Assembly: GCA_017962275.1 (NCBI GenBank)
Contig: JAGCVQ010000028.1
Span: 3,740-67,739 of the forward strand
Direction of reading: 5' to 3'
DNA from: Bacteroidales bacterium
GTDB lineage: Bacteria > Bacteroidota > Bacteroidia > Bacteroidales > WCHB1-69
Length of the DNA: 64,000 nucleotides
Part shown: piece by piece, positions 1 to 8,664 of the stretch
Position numbering within the stretch: position 1 is the first letter of the stretch
Layout: each line of letters begins with the position of its first letter
Position numbers and translations under genes: made by a program
The notes under the pieces: generated by a model
Seen by the model: only the letters and a program-made list of their open reading frames with translations
The model's database searches: none
What the model was told of the DNA's origin: nothing

Positions 1-14
1 ACGAGATATCAAGT

Positions 15-317
15 TTGATGCTGAAATATTGGTGGGTGGCACCGGTGGTGAGTGTGTTCGGAATGCTTTGCTTTTTGGCTAATAATCTGTTGTACTTAGA
101 AACAGGAAAAGAGTTTGTGGATGACATGTTTATAGGTCCTTTCTTGATAGCGCTGTTGGTTGTTGCCAAAATAGTGAGATTTGCCACATTCGTGTTCGCG
201 ATTGCACAGAAAAAGTGGATGATCGCGTTATTATTGGTATTGACAGTGGTAGTTTGCTTCATGATATTTGTGGCTTGGATGAATGTGTGTATGCAAATTA
301 ATCAGCATTACTACTGA
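15..317 (+). CDS. small hydrophobic membrane protein, function unknown (frame is open to window start, may be 5' partial)
   Basis: 100-aa ORF with three hydrophobic segments. No family recognised. Confidence 0.35.
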   Translation: MMLKYWWVAPVVSVFGMLCFLANNLLYLETGKEFVDDMFIGPFLIALLVVAKIVRFATFVFAIAQKKWMIALLLVLTVVVCFMIFVAWMNVCMQINQHYY

Positions 318-355
318 TGCAATGATGTTTTTAAGAAATAGGAATATGGGCTTTG

Positions 356-586
356 CGTGCCGGAGGCACGATATCTTAATAACCCCACATAAGCGCAACG
401 AAGTGGAGCGCAGTGTGGGGTGACGGTGGAGGCAGCACATCGATGGCGTGTTGAAAACACGCTACTATTAGTAAGTCGAGTAGTAGCGTGCCTCTGGCAC
501 GCAGGCTCCCGTCGCGCATCATAACCCCACACTGCGGCCTATCGGCCTTAGTATGGGGTTATTGGAATTGCGTGCTTCCAGCACGC
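356..586 (+). repeat. cluster of seven GC-rich hairpins, including two copies of the CCCCACA...TGTGGGG long hairpin element
   Basis: Stems read directly at 356-370 (CGTGCC/GGCACG), 382-420, 446-462, 462-486, 486-502, 523-560 and 570-586. No credible ORF. Confidence 0.7.
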
Positions 587-644
587 CCTGTAGTGCAATA
601 ATTATCAATTAACAATTATCAATTCTCAATTAGCGAATTTTTCG

Positions 645-652
645 TATCTTTG
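645..652 (+). promoter_or_regulatory. Bacteroidota -7 promoter box TAtcTTTG upstream of nrnA
   Basis: Matches TAnnTTTG about 20 nt before the CDS start. Confidence 0.55.
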
Positions 653-672
653 CCGATTCAAAATCTGATACG

Positions 673-1689
673 TTGGAAGAACAGGATATACGGAAAATTC
701 AGGCCGCGCTGAAAGAGACGAAGGCGATTGCGATCGTGTTTCATTTCAATCCCGACGGCGACGCTTTGGGCAGCGCACTGGCCCTTTACCACTATTTTAA
801 GGACGACGGTTACGAGGTTTCGGTGATTTCGCCCAACCCGTTCCCCAATTTCCTGCAGTGGATGCCCGGTGCCAATAATATCATCGTGGCGCAGGAGAAC
901 CTCGTGGAGGCTCGCAAGCGCATCAAGGAGGCCGACATGCTCTACGTGGTCGATATGAACGCACCGCACCGCGCCGGCCAAGATCTCCAGAATTCGATTA
1001 TCAAATCCGAGGCTTTCAAGGTGCTGATCGACCATCACGTGCAGCCCGACATCAAATGCGACGTGATGTATTCCACGCACCTCACCACCTCTGCCTCCGA
1101 GCTGGTCTATAACTTCCTCTACAGATATCTCACTCCCGACAGGAAGCCTTCGAAGTCGATTGCGGAATGCCTCTATGTGGGCATCATCACCGACACGGGT
1201 TCCATGTCCTACACCTGCGATTTTCCCGAGTCCTACACGGTGTTGCGCAAGCTGATCGAGGCCGGCGTCAACGGGGAGGATATTCACCGCAAGGTTTATG
1301 ACAACTACACGGAGAGTCGCATGAAGCTGCTGGGCCTGGCCCTCTCGCAGCGGATGGTGGTCATGAGAGAGTATGGTGCCTCCTATATGTATCTGACCAA
1401 GAAGGATTTGACGGACAATGGTTTCCAGATTGGCGATACCGAGGGATTCGTGAATTACGGACTGTCGATGGGAGCGGTGCATTACACGGCCTTCTTTACC
1501 GAGCGCGACAACCGCATCCGCGTCTCGTTCCGCTCCAAAGGCATCGTGGATGTGAACCTTTTCGCCCGCAAGTATTTCGAGGGTGGCGGTCATGCCAACG
1601 CGGCGGGAGCTTTCTACCATGGAACCATGGAGGAGGCCATCGCCCATTTTGAGAAAGCTGTTCGCGAGACGGATGAAAACCCTCTTTGA
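673..1689 (+). CDS. nrnA: DHH/DHHA1 phosphoesterase, NrnA-like oligoribonuclease/pAp phosphatase
   Basis: Has the NPDGDALGS, DHH and GGGHANAAG motifs. Start is TTG in the ORF track. Confidence 0.85.
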   Translation: MEEQDIRKIQAALKETKAIAIVFHFNPDGDALGSALALYHYFKDDGYEVSVISPNPFPNFLQWMPGANNIIVAQENLVEARKRIKEADMLYVVDMNAPHRAGQDLQNSIIKSEAFKVLIDHHVQPDIKCDVMYSTHLTTSASELVYNFLYRYLTPDRKPSKSIAECLYVGIITDTGSMSYTCDFPESYTVLRKLIEAGVNGEDIHRKVYDNYTESRMKLLGLALSQRMVVMREYGASYMYLTKKDLTDNGFQIGDTEGFVNYGLSMGAVHYTAFFTERDNRIRVSFRSKGIVDVNLFARKYFEGGGHANAAGAFYHGTMEEAIAHFEKAVRETDENPL

Positions 1690-1692
1690 TAT

Positions 1693-2277
1693 ATGCGCAA
1701 GCTGTTGTTTTTCATTGTGTTGACTGTGCTTGTCAGCGGTTTCTCGGCCTGTCGTGACCGGAAGCCCACGGGCAGCGTCGTTTCTTCGTCGGAAGAGCCG
1801 AAGGAGGACAAGGACGCACCCTACGTGGAAGGCAACAAGAACATCATGCGCCGCGAGAACGAGGAGATGCAGATGTTCATCAACCGTTACGGATGGCAGA
1901 TGCAGCGCACCCCCACAGGACTTTACATCCAGATTTTGGAGCCTGGCACCGGCGATCTTTTTAAGGAAAACGACCCCGTGACACTGAAGTATCGCACGTT
2001 CCTTCTCTCTGGAGAGCAGGTCTATAGCTCCGACAGCAACGGCGTGAAGTCGTTCGTGGTGAACCGCTCAGAGGAGATCGACGCTCTGCACGAGGCGGCA
2101 CAGATGTTGCGGCCCGGAGCAAAGGCGCGGCTTGTCATTTCATCGCATTTGGGCTATGGCGTGGCCGGCGACGGCGACCGCATCCGAGGTCTTCAACCCT
2201 TCATGATGGAAATCAGCGTGCTGAAAGACAACGAGAAAGTTCCCGAAACGATATTACCCAACCCTTATAAAGATTAA
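1693..2277 (+). CDS. FKBP-type peptidyl-prolyl isomerase lipoprotein
   Basis: Signal peptide with Cys (SGFSAC) and a C-terminal FKBP-like domain. Confidence 0.75.
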   Translation: MRKLLFFIVLTVLVSGFSACRDRKPTGSVVSSSEEPKEDKDAPYVEGNKNIMRRENEEMQMFINRYGWQMQRTPTGLYIQILEPGTGDLFKENDPVTLKYRTFLLSGEQVYSSDSNGVKSFVVNRSEEIDALHEAAQMLRPGAKARLVISSHLGYGVAGDGDRIRGLQPFMMEISVLKDNEKVPETILPNPYKD

Positions 2278-2282
2278 CGAGG

Positions 2283-3140
2283 ATGACAAGAGGTCGATTG
2301 ATATGTTTTTCCATGGCTCTGCTGTTGTGCGTGTCTGCTACTTCCTGCCGGAAATACAGCGGGTTCAAGCACGGCAAGGGTTTCTATTACCAATATCATG
2401 TCCAGAATGAGAGCAACCCGAAGCCCCAGACCGGCGACCTCGTGGAGGTGAACATGGCTTTGCGTGCCGGTGACGAGGTGATTTCGCCGATGACGCGCAA
2501 CAACATGCTGATGGACGAACTTTACAAAGGCGACATCTATAGCGCTCTGCGGACGATGCATCTTGGCGACAGCGCGACATTTATCTTCGACGGGCCGAAA
2601 TTCTACGAGGAGTTCCTCGGCATGGGCGACTATCCCTATGGCAAAAACCCCATCCACGCTGATATAAAGCTGCTGAAGATTCTTTCGAAACAGAGCATGG
2701 ACAAGGCGGAGGAGATGTATGTTGAACAACGCAAACAGTTGCGGCAGCAGGAGGATTCGATTGTGAAGGCATACGCCAACGAGCACCATTTCGACAACGT
2801 CCACAAGGGCATCTACTATACGGTCTCGCGGAAAGGCAACGGGGCGAAACCCAGGAAGAACCAGACTGCCTCGATTCTGTACAAGGGGCGCCGGCTGAAC
2901 GGCGAGGTGTTTGATAAGTATGACAATCCGGCACACCCTCGCAAATTTGAGATCGGCAAGGAGCAGGTTGCCCGCGGGGTCGATATCATCGTGCAGGAAA
3001 TGAACGAAGGCGATCTGATCACCGCCATACTGCCCTCCTCTCTGGCCTTCGGCGACAAAGGTTACGAGGCTTACAACATCCCGCCGTTCACCCCCGTGAT
3101 CTATGAAATTGAGTTGCTGAGAGTGGAGAAGAAGAGATGA
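2283..3140 (+). CDS. FKBP-type peptidyl-prolyl isomerase lipoprotein (two-domain)
   Basis: Lipobox VSATSC. C-terminal FKBP domain (YKGRRLNGEVFD...IPPFTPVIYEIELL). Paralogous to the next gene. Confidence 0.85.
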   Translation: MTRGRLICFSMALLLCVSATSCRKYSGFKHGKGFYYQYHVQNESNPKPQTGDLVEVNMALRAGDEVISPMTRNNMLMDELYKGDIYSALRTMHLGDSATFIFDGPKFYEEFLGMGDYPYGKNPIHADIKLLKILSKQSMDKAEEMYVEQRKQLRQQEDSIVKAYANEHHFDNVHKGIYYTVSRKGNGAKPRKNQTASILYKGRRLNGEVFDKYDNPAHPRKFEIGKEQVARGVDIIVQEMNEGDLITAILPSSLAFGDKGYEAYNIPPFTPVIYEIELLRVEKKR

Positions 3141-3210
3141 GGAAGCGAGGCAAAAGGCAATAGGCAAAAGGCAATAGAATAAATAAATACAAATCAAAAC
3201 AAGAGAAACA

Positions 3211-4074
3211 ATGAAGAAAAATGTAAAGACAATCATGCTGATCGGGTTGGCGCTTGCCACCGTTTTCACTTTGGGTGCATGCAGTAAGTACAAAGGTTTT
3301 AAGAAGGACAAATCCGGGTTCTATTACCAGTTCCACGGCGATATTCACGATACAGCAGACCAGCCTGCGACTGGCGACCTCGTGGGAATTATGATGTCAT
3401 TGCGCGCCGGAGATTCGATCCTCATCCCGATGATGCCCAATCAGATGCTGATGGATTCTTTGTATGAGGGCGACATGTTTGCGGCTCTCCGCATGATGCA
3501 TGTGGGCGACAGCGCAACCTTCATTCTTGACGGTCCGAAATTCTTTGAGAATATGATGAATCCCGGTCAGGAGTATGAGTTCGGCGAAGATCCGCTCTAC
3601 CTCGATGTGAAATTGCTCGGACTGATGAAGAAGGCTGATTTTGAGAAGGCTCAGGCTGAGTACGAAGCGCAACTTAGCGAACGGAAAGAGTTGGAAGCCT
3701 CTGACATTGAGGAATATCTGCAAAAGCATTCCGATATGAAGCAACAGACTACGGGTGTCTATCTGAAAACCGTCAAGAAAGGCACTGGCGACAAAGTGGA
3801 ACCCTTGCAGACCGTAAAGGTTCACTATACCGGTCGTTTTCTTGATGGCCAAGTTTTTGACAGCTCTGTGGAACGTGGCGAGCCGTTTGCCTTCACCGTG
3901 GGTGCCGGACAGGTGATCCCCGGTTGGGATGCCACCGTCTCCAACATGAAAGTTGGCGACAAAGTGACTGTTCTCATTCCCTCTGATCTTGCATACGGCG
4001 AAGGCACCCGCGGCATTCCTCCCTATACACCGCTGGTGTTCGACATCGAGCTGCTCGAAGTTGTGAAGGAGTAA
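3211..4074 (+). CDS. FKBP-type peptidyl-prolyl isomerase lipoprotein (two-domain)
   Basis: Lipobox TLGAC. Canonical FKBP motifs VHYTGRFLDGQVFDSS and GQVIPGWD. Confidence 0.9.
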   Translation: MKKNVKTIMLIGLALATVFTLGACSKYKGFKKDKSGFYYQFHGDIHDTADQPATGDLVGIMMSLRAGDSILIPMMPNQMLMDSLYEGDMFAALRMMHVGDSATFILDGPKFFENMMNPGQEYEFGEDPLYLDVKLLGLMKKADFEKAQAEYEAQLSERKELEASDIEEYLQKHSDMKQQTTGVYLKTVKKGTGDKVEPLQTVKVHYTGRFLDGQVFDSSVERGEPFAFTVGAGQVIPGWDATVSNMKVGDKVTVLIPSDLAYGEGTRGIPPYTPLVFDIELLEVVKE

Positions 4075-4092
4075 GACGTATGATTTATGACG

Positions 4093-4154
4093 TAAGACGT
4101 GAGACTTTAGAATTAGGGAAATACGAACAACCTAAGTCTTAAGTCTCACGTCTC
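4093..4154 (+). terminator. long hairpin between the FKBP gene and tex
   Basis: 13-bp stem AAGACGTGAGACT/AGTCTCACGTCTT with a loop of about 35 nt. No clear T tract. Confidence 0.35.
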
Positions 4155-4216
4155 GCGTCTTAGAACGAAAAAAAAGTTTTTTTCAAATCGGCAATAAGTA
4201 TCGAAAAACGATAGCA

Positions 4217-6343
4217 ATGTATGCAAAAAGAATTGCGCAGGCGCTGAATCTCAGCGAAGAGCAGGTGCGGAATACGCTGGACCTTTTGGAAACCGGCGCG
4301 ACGATTCCGTTTATCTCCCGTTACCGCAAGGAGGTGACGGGCTCTCTGGATGAGGTGCAGATTGGCAATATAAAGGACTTGTATGCCAAATGGTTGGAAC
4401 TGGACAAGCGGCGTGCCGCCATTCTGGACTCTATTTCCGAGCAGGGCAAGCTGACGCCTGAACTGCGCGAGAAGATTGAGCAAGCGGAGACGATGAGTGA
4501 GCTGGAGGACCTGTATCTGCCGTACCGTCCGAAACGCAAGACCCGTGCGTCGGTGGCGGTGGAGAAAGGGTTGCAGCCCTTGGCCAAGCTGTTGCTCGCG
4601 CAGCGTCAGCTTGATTTGGAACGCGAGGCTGCTAAGTATGTCAATGAGGCTAAAGACGTAGCTTCCGTGGAGGAGGCTTTGGCCGGTGCCCGCGACATCA
4701 TCGCCGAGCTCATCAGCGAGAATGCCGGCATCCGCAACCGCCTGCGCAATACGTTCCTGCGTTACAGTCGCATCTCCACGCGTCTCATCCCCGACAAAAT
4801 CGACGAAGACGAAAAATACCGCATGTACTACAAGTCGGAGGAATTGCTCGCCAAGGCCCCGTCACACCGCATCTTGGCCATGCTGCGCGGCGAGGAAGAG
4901 GGCATCCTGCGCGTGCATATCGCTCCCGACGAAGAGCGCACGCTTGCCGACTTGAAACGCCGTATCGTCAAGAACAACAGCAACGGTGCCCAGCAGGTCT
5001 GGATGGCCGCTGTCGATTCCTACAAACGTTTGCTGCAGCCGCAAATGGAGACGGAAATGCGCAAGTTCTACAAAGAGAAGGCCGACAAAGAGGCTATCTC
5101 CGTCTTCACGAAGAATGCGCGTCAGCTGCTGTTGGCGGCGCCGTTGGGACAGGTTACCACGTTGGCCATTGACCCCGGTTTCCGGACCGGCTGCAAGGTG
5201 GTGATACTCAATCCGCAAGGCAAGTTGCTCTACAACGAGACGATTTACCCGCATCCTCCTGTGCAGCAATACAAGTTAGCCTCCGACAAATTGAAACGTT
5301 TGGTGCTTCAGTACCAAGTGGATGCGATTGCCATCGGCAACGGCACGGCTGGCCGCGAGACCGAGAATTTCGTCCGTCATATCCCGTTTGAACGCGACGT
5401 GAAGGCCTTTATGGTGAATGAGAGCGGAGCGTCAATCTATTCGGCATCCCCCGTGGCCCGCGAGGAATTTCCCGACTATGACGTGACGGTGCGCGGCGCA
5501 GTTTCCATCGGCCGCCGCCTTATGGATCCGTTGGCCGAGTTGGTGAAAATCGACCCGAAGTCCATCGGGGTGGGGCAATACCAGCACGATGTGAACCAAA
5601 AGATGCTGCAGGAGAGTCTGCAGACCACTGTGGAGAGCTGCGTCAACTACGTGGGCGTGGAGCTGAACACGGCAAGCAAGCAGCTGCTTTCGTATGTGTC
5701 GGGCGTGGGACCCGCGCTGGCGCAAAATATCGTCGATTACCGTAATGAGAACGGCGCCTTTGCTTCCCGCGAAGAGTTGAAGAAAGTGCCGCGTTTCGGG
5801 GCGAAGGCTTTCCAGCAGGCGGCCGGATTCCTGCGCATCCGCGAGGCGGAAAATCCGCTCGACAGCAGCGCGGTACACCCTGAAAGCTACAAAGTGGTGA
5901 GTAAGATGGCCGATGACCTCCATTGTTCCGTTTCCGATCTGATGAAGAGCAAAGAACTGAGGCAACAGATTGTGCTTCAGAACTATATAACCGATACCGT
6001 CGGAATGCCCACCTTGGAGGACATCATGATGGAACTGGCAAAGCCCGGACGTGACCCGCGCACCCAGTTCGAAATGTTCGAGTTCGACAAGAACGTGCAC
6101 ACTATCAACGACTTGACCCCCGGTATGGTTTTGCCCGGCATCATCACCAATATGACCAACTTCGGCTGTTTCGTCGATATCGGTGTGCATCAGGACGGCC
6201 TTATCCACATCAGCCGCTTGAGCGACCACCGCATCTCCGACCCGTCGGAGGTGGTGCACCTCAACCAAAAGGTGATGGTGAAGGTTGAAGGCGTTGAGGT
6301 GGACCGGAAACGCATCAGTCTGGCCTTGGTGCAGGATGCGTAG
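4217..6343 (+). CDS. tex: Tex-like transcription accessory protein with C-terminal S1 domain
   Basis: 708 aa. N-terminus has the ATIPFISRYRKE motif, followed by YqgF/HhH regions and a C-terminal S1 domain. Confidence 0.92.
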   Translation: MYAKRIAQALNLSEEQVRNTLDLLETGATIPFISRYRKEVTGSLDEVQIGNIKDLYAKWLELDKRRAAILDSISEQGKLTPELREKIEQAETMSELEDLYLPYRPKRKTRASVAVEKGLQPLAKLLLAQRQLDLEREAAKYVNEAKDVASVEEALAGARDIIAELISENAGIRNRLRNTFLRYSRISTRLIPDKIDEDEKYRMYYKSEELLAKAPSHRILAMLRGEEEGILRVHIAPDEERTLADLKRRIVKNNSNGAQQVWMAAVDSYKRLLQPQMETEMRKFYKEKADKEAISVFTKNARQLLLAAPLGQVTTLAIDPGFRTGCKVVILNPQGKLLYNETIYPHPPVQQYKLASDKLKRLVLQYQVDAIAIGNGTAGRETENFVRHIPFERDVKAFMVNESGASIYSASPVAREEFPDYDVTVRGAVSIGRRLMDPLAELVKIDPKSIGVGQYQHDVNQKMLQESLQTTVESCVNYVGVELNTASKQLLSYVSGVGPALAQNIVDYRNENGAFASREELKKVPRFGAKAFQQAAGFLRIREAENPLDSSAVHPESYKVVSKMADDLHCSVSDLMKSKELRQQIVLQNYITDTVGMPTLEDIMMELAKPGRDPRTQFEMFEFDKNVHTINDLTPGMVLPGIITNMTNFGCFVDIGVHQDGLIHISRLSDHRISDPSEVVHLNQKVMVKVEGVEVDRKRISLALVQDA

Positions 6344-6463
6344 TTCGTTTTTTTTCAACCACGTACCATGGTATCTGTTTTTTTATTACTTTTGCTACGC
6401 TTTAAGTTAGCGTGAATATTTTTATAACTTGCTGAAAATTAGTAATATAAAATAAATCCAAGT

Positions 6464-7408
6464 ATGAAAAAATTGACAGACAACACCTCTTTGGGCAAGC
6501 TTATCCTGCTTTGCAACGTGGTGGTTTTGGTGCTTTTCATCATTTCCATGCTCTTTTTGATGAAGTTCGACAAGACGAATTCGGCCGTCATCCAAGAGCG
6601 GAACCATTACAACAAACTGTATGAGGAATACGCCATGGCGCAGCACCCGATGAAACAAGATAGCGCGGAAGTGGCTTATTATCAGTACAAACTGGATACT
6701 CTGCAGCAGAAAACCGGCGCGACGAAAGACGAAAGACAGGCTCTTGCTGAAAGTATCGAAGTCACAAAGCAGACCTTGGCCGACAAGAAAAAACAGCAAG
6801 CTGACAATCTGGCCAAACTTGCCGAACTCGAAAAAGAGTACGGTCCTGTGCAGCAGAATTGGGAGCAGCTCAACGCCGACAACGATGCCGCCAAGAAGAA
6901 ATTCTGGGTGATGGCATGGATCACGATCATCGCTTTCCTGATTAAGACGGTTGTCTTCGCTATGTGGGGTGCGAGAAACAACAAGAACCTCCACGAAATC
7001 GCTCCTTGGATGGCCAGCGGCATGAAACCTTGGATGTCTTATGTGGCTTGGTTCGCTCCCATCTACAACCTTATCAAACCCCTCTCTTTCTTCAAAGAAG
7101 TGTGGAATGAAACCGATTACGTGCTCGAAAATGCCGGCGTGACGCCCAGAGACGAGAATAAGGTGGACAATTCGAATATTTACATGAGCATTTGGTGGGG
7201 GTTCCTCCTTATCAGCGTTTGGTTGATGAATTTTGTCCTCTATAACACCTTCTTCCGCGAAGGTGCCTTCTACGTCAAAGCCAACCACGGCACTATGGTG
7301 GTGATTGCCATCGTCTTCATGGTGATTACCATGTGTTTGGAGACCTTCCTCGTGCAGCAATACAACAAGAAGAACAAGATGCTCCTGGATAACGAGAGCA
7401 AGTTCTAA
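6464..7408 (+). CDS. membrane protein, DUF4328-like C-terminal domain with N-terminal coiled coil
   Basis: N-terminal TM segment, a Lys/Gln-rich coiled region, then several TM helices. Family assignment is from memory. Confidence 0.55.
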   Translation: MKKLTDNTSLGKLILLCNVVVLVLFIISMLFLMKFDKTNSAVIQERNHYNKLYEEYAMAQHPMKQDSAEVAYYQYKLDTLQQKTGATKDERQALAESIEVTKQTLADKKKQQADNLAKLAELEKEYGPVQQNWEQLNADNDAAKKKFWVMAWITIIAFLIKTVVFAMWGARNNKNLHEIAPWMASGMKPWMSYVAWFAPIYNLIKPLSFFKEVWNETDYVLENAGVTPRDENKVDNSNIYMSIWWGFLLISVWLMNFVLYNTFFREGAFYVKANHGTMVVIAIVFMVITMCLETFLVQQYNKKNKMLLDNESKF

Positions 7409-7442
7409 GTCCTATATCTACAATATCACATTGTAGCAAGAA

Positions 7443-7469
7443 AGCGGGGCAAAATGCTCCGCTTTTTTT
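7443..7469 (+). terminator. rho-independent-type terminator between convergent genes
   Basis: AGCGGGGC/GCTCCGCT stem followed by a T7 run. Confidence 0.65.
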
Positions 7470-7513
7470 GTTGTTTGAGAGATGATTATAGGATAAGCCC
7501 TATTGCATTGGCA

Positions 7514-8638
7514 TTAGGGCAGGACTTTCTCAATGGTCTGCCAAAGCAGGTCGGACGAACGATCCCAAGTAAACAGATCCTTTCGGGCAATGCCCTTGTC
7601 TATCAGCTGATCGCAAAGCTCAGGATTGTCGTACAGCTGGAACATGGCCTCCGCGATTTCTTCAGGATGGTAGGGGTTGACAAGCAGGGCGGCGTCTCCG
7701 GCGATTTCGGGCATGGATGAAATGTCGGAAGTGATGACAGGCGTGTGGGCGTTGAAAGCATCCACGATGGGTTGTCCGAAGCCTTCGAACAGGGAGGCAT
7801 AGACCAGTGCGGTGGCGGAGGCGGTGAGGGCGCTCAGCGTGTCGATTTGCTGTCGTCCGAGCATCACCACATCTTCGCGGTGGCGCATGGCCATATAGGT
7901 GTCCTCAATCTCGCCGGCCCACCATTTCTTGTCGCCCACCACCGTCAGCTTCATCGAACTGTTGGTGCGGTCTTTGAATAGGTCGAAGGCCTTGAAGATG
8001 TTGTCCAGATTCTTGCGCTTGTGAATCAGTCCCACGAACAGGAAATAGTCGCAACCATCCGTATATTGCTGTTTGATGAGGCTTTTCTGTTCTTCGGTGT
8101 AGGGCTTATACGCGGAGTTTGCCCCGTTATAGACCACATCGATTCGGTCGGCGGGCACTTGGTAGCTTTCCTGAATGTCGTCGCAGCTGAATTGCGAGAC
8201 AGTGGCCAGTCGTGTGGCATTGCGGGCGAATTTCGGGAAAAACCGGTCATAGTAACGGCGCACCACGGGCGGCACGAACTCGGGATGATGCAGGAAGTTG
8301 AGGTCGTGGATGACATTGACCGTGGGAATGCTGAGACGAGTTGGAATCCAACCGTCGGTGGAAACGAAAATATCGGGTTTGATATGCTTGATTTTCAACG
8401 GAATGCCATACTCGAAAAAGAGATACCACAGATACGGATGCCGTGCCTGCGGGTGCGCGACGAGTGGGGTGACGTTGCCGCTGAACACAAACGATTCATC
8501 GTATGTGCGGTCGAAAAGGAAGTAAAACTGGTGTTCGGGATGCGCTTTCGTGATGCGGGACAATGTTTCGCGCGAGAATATTCCGATGCCCTCCAATCTG
8601 TCTTTCAGCAGCAGACGTGTGTTTACGGCAATCTTCAT
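7514..8638 (-). CDS. glycosyltransferase family 4 (GT-B, GT1/4 type)
   Basis: C-terminal EGFGQP...ITSDISSMPEIAGDAALLVNP motif. Confidence 0.85.
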   Translation of the reverse strand: MKIAVNTRLLLKDRLEGIGIFSRETLSRITKAHPEHQFYFLFDRTYDESFVFSGNVTPLVAHPQARHPYLWYLFFEYGIPLKIKHIKPDIFVSTDGWIPTRLSIPTVNVIHDLNFLHHPEFVPPVVRRYYDRFFPKFARNATRLATVSQFSCDDIQESYQVPADRIDVVYNGANSAYKPYTEEQKSLIKQQYTDGCDYFLFVGLIHKRKNLDNIFKAFDLFKDRTNSSMKLTVVGDKKWWAGEIEDTYMAMRHREDVVMLGRQQIDTLSALTASATALVYASLFEGFGQPIVDAFNAHTPVITSDISSMPEIAGDAALLVNPYHPEEIAEAMFQLYDNPELCDQLIDKGIARKDLFTWDRSSDLLWQTIEKVLP

Positions 8639-8664
8639 AGAAAAAAGGGTGGTTTTTGGCTAAG

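Noticed and set aside
658-1647. Long antisense ORFs overlapping confident genes (for example 658-1647, 5432-6358, 6422-7360, 10739-12082, 14107-15306, 31291-32298, 39208-39957, 41628-42473, 43503-44267, 54591-55577, 56905-57768, 62380-63885)
   Set aside because: They lie opposite well-supported genes with recognisable motifs, have Arg/His/Gly/Val-rich low-information composition typical of shadow frames in GC3-rich coding DNA, and have no recognisable family.
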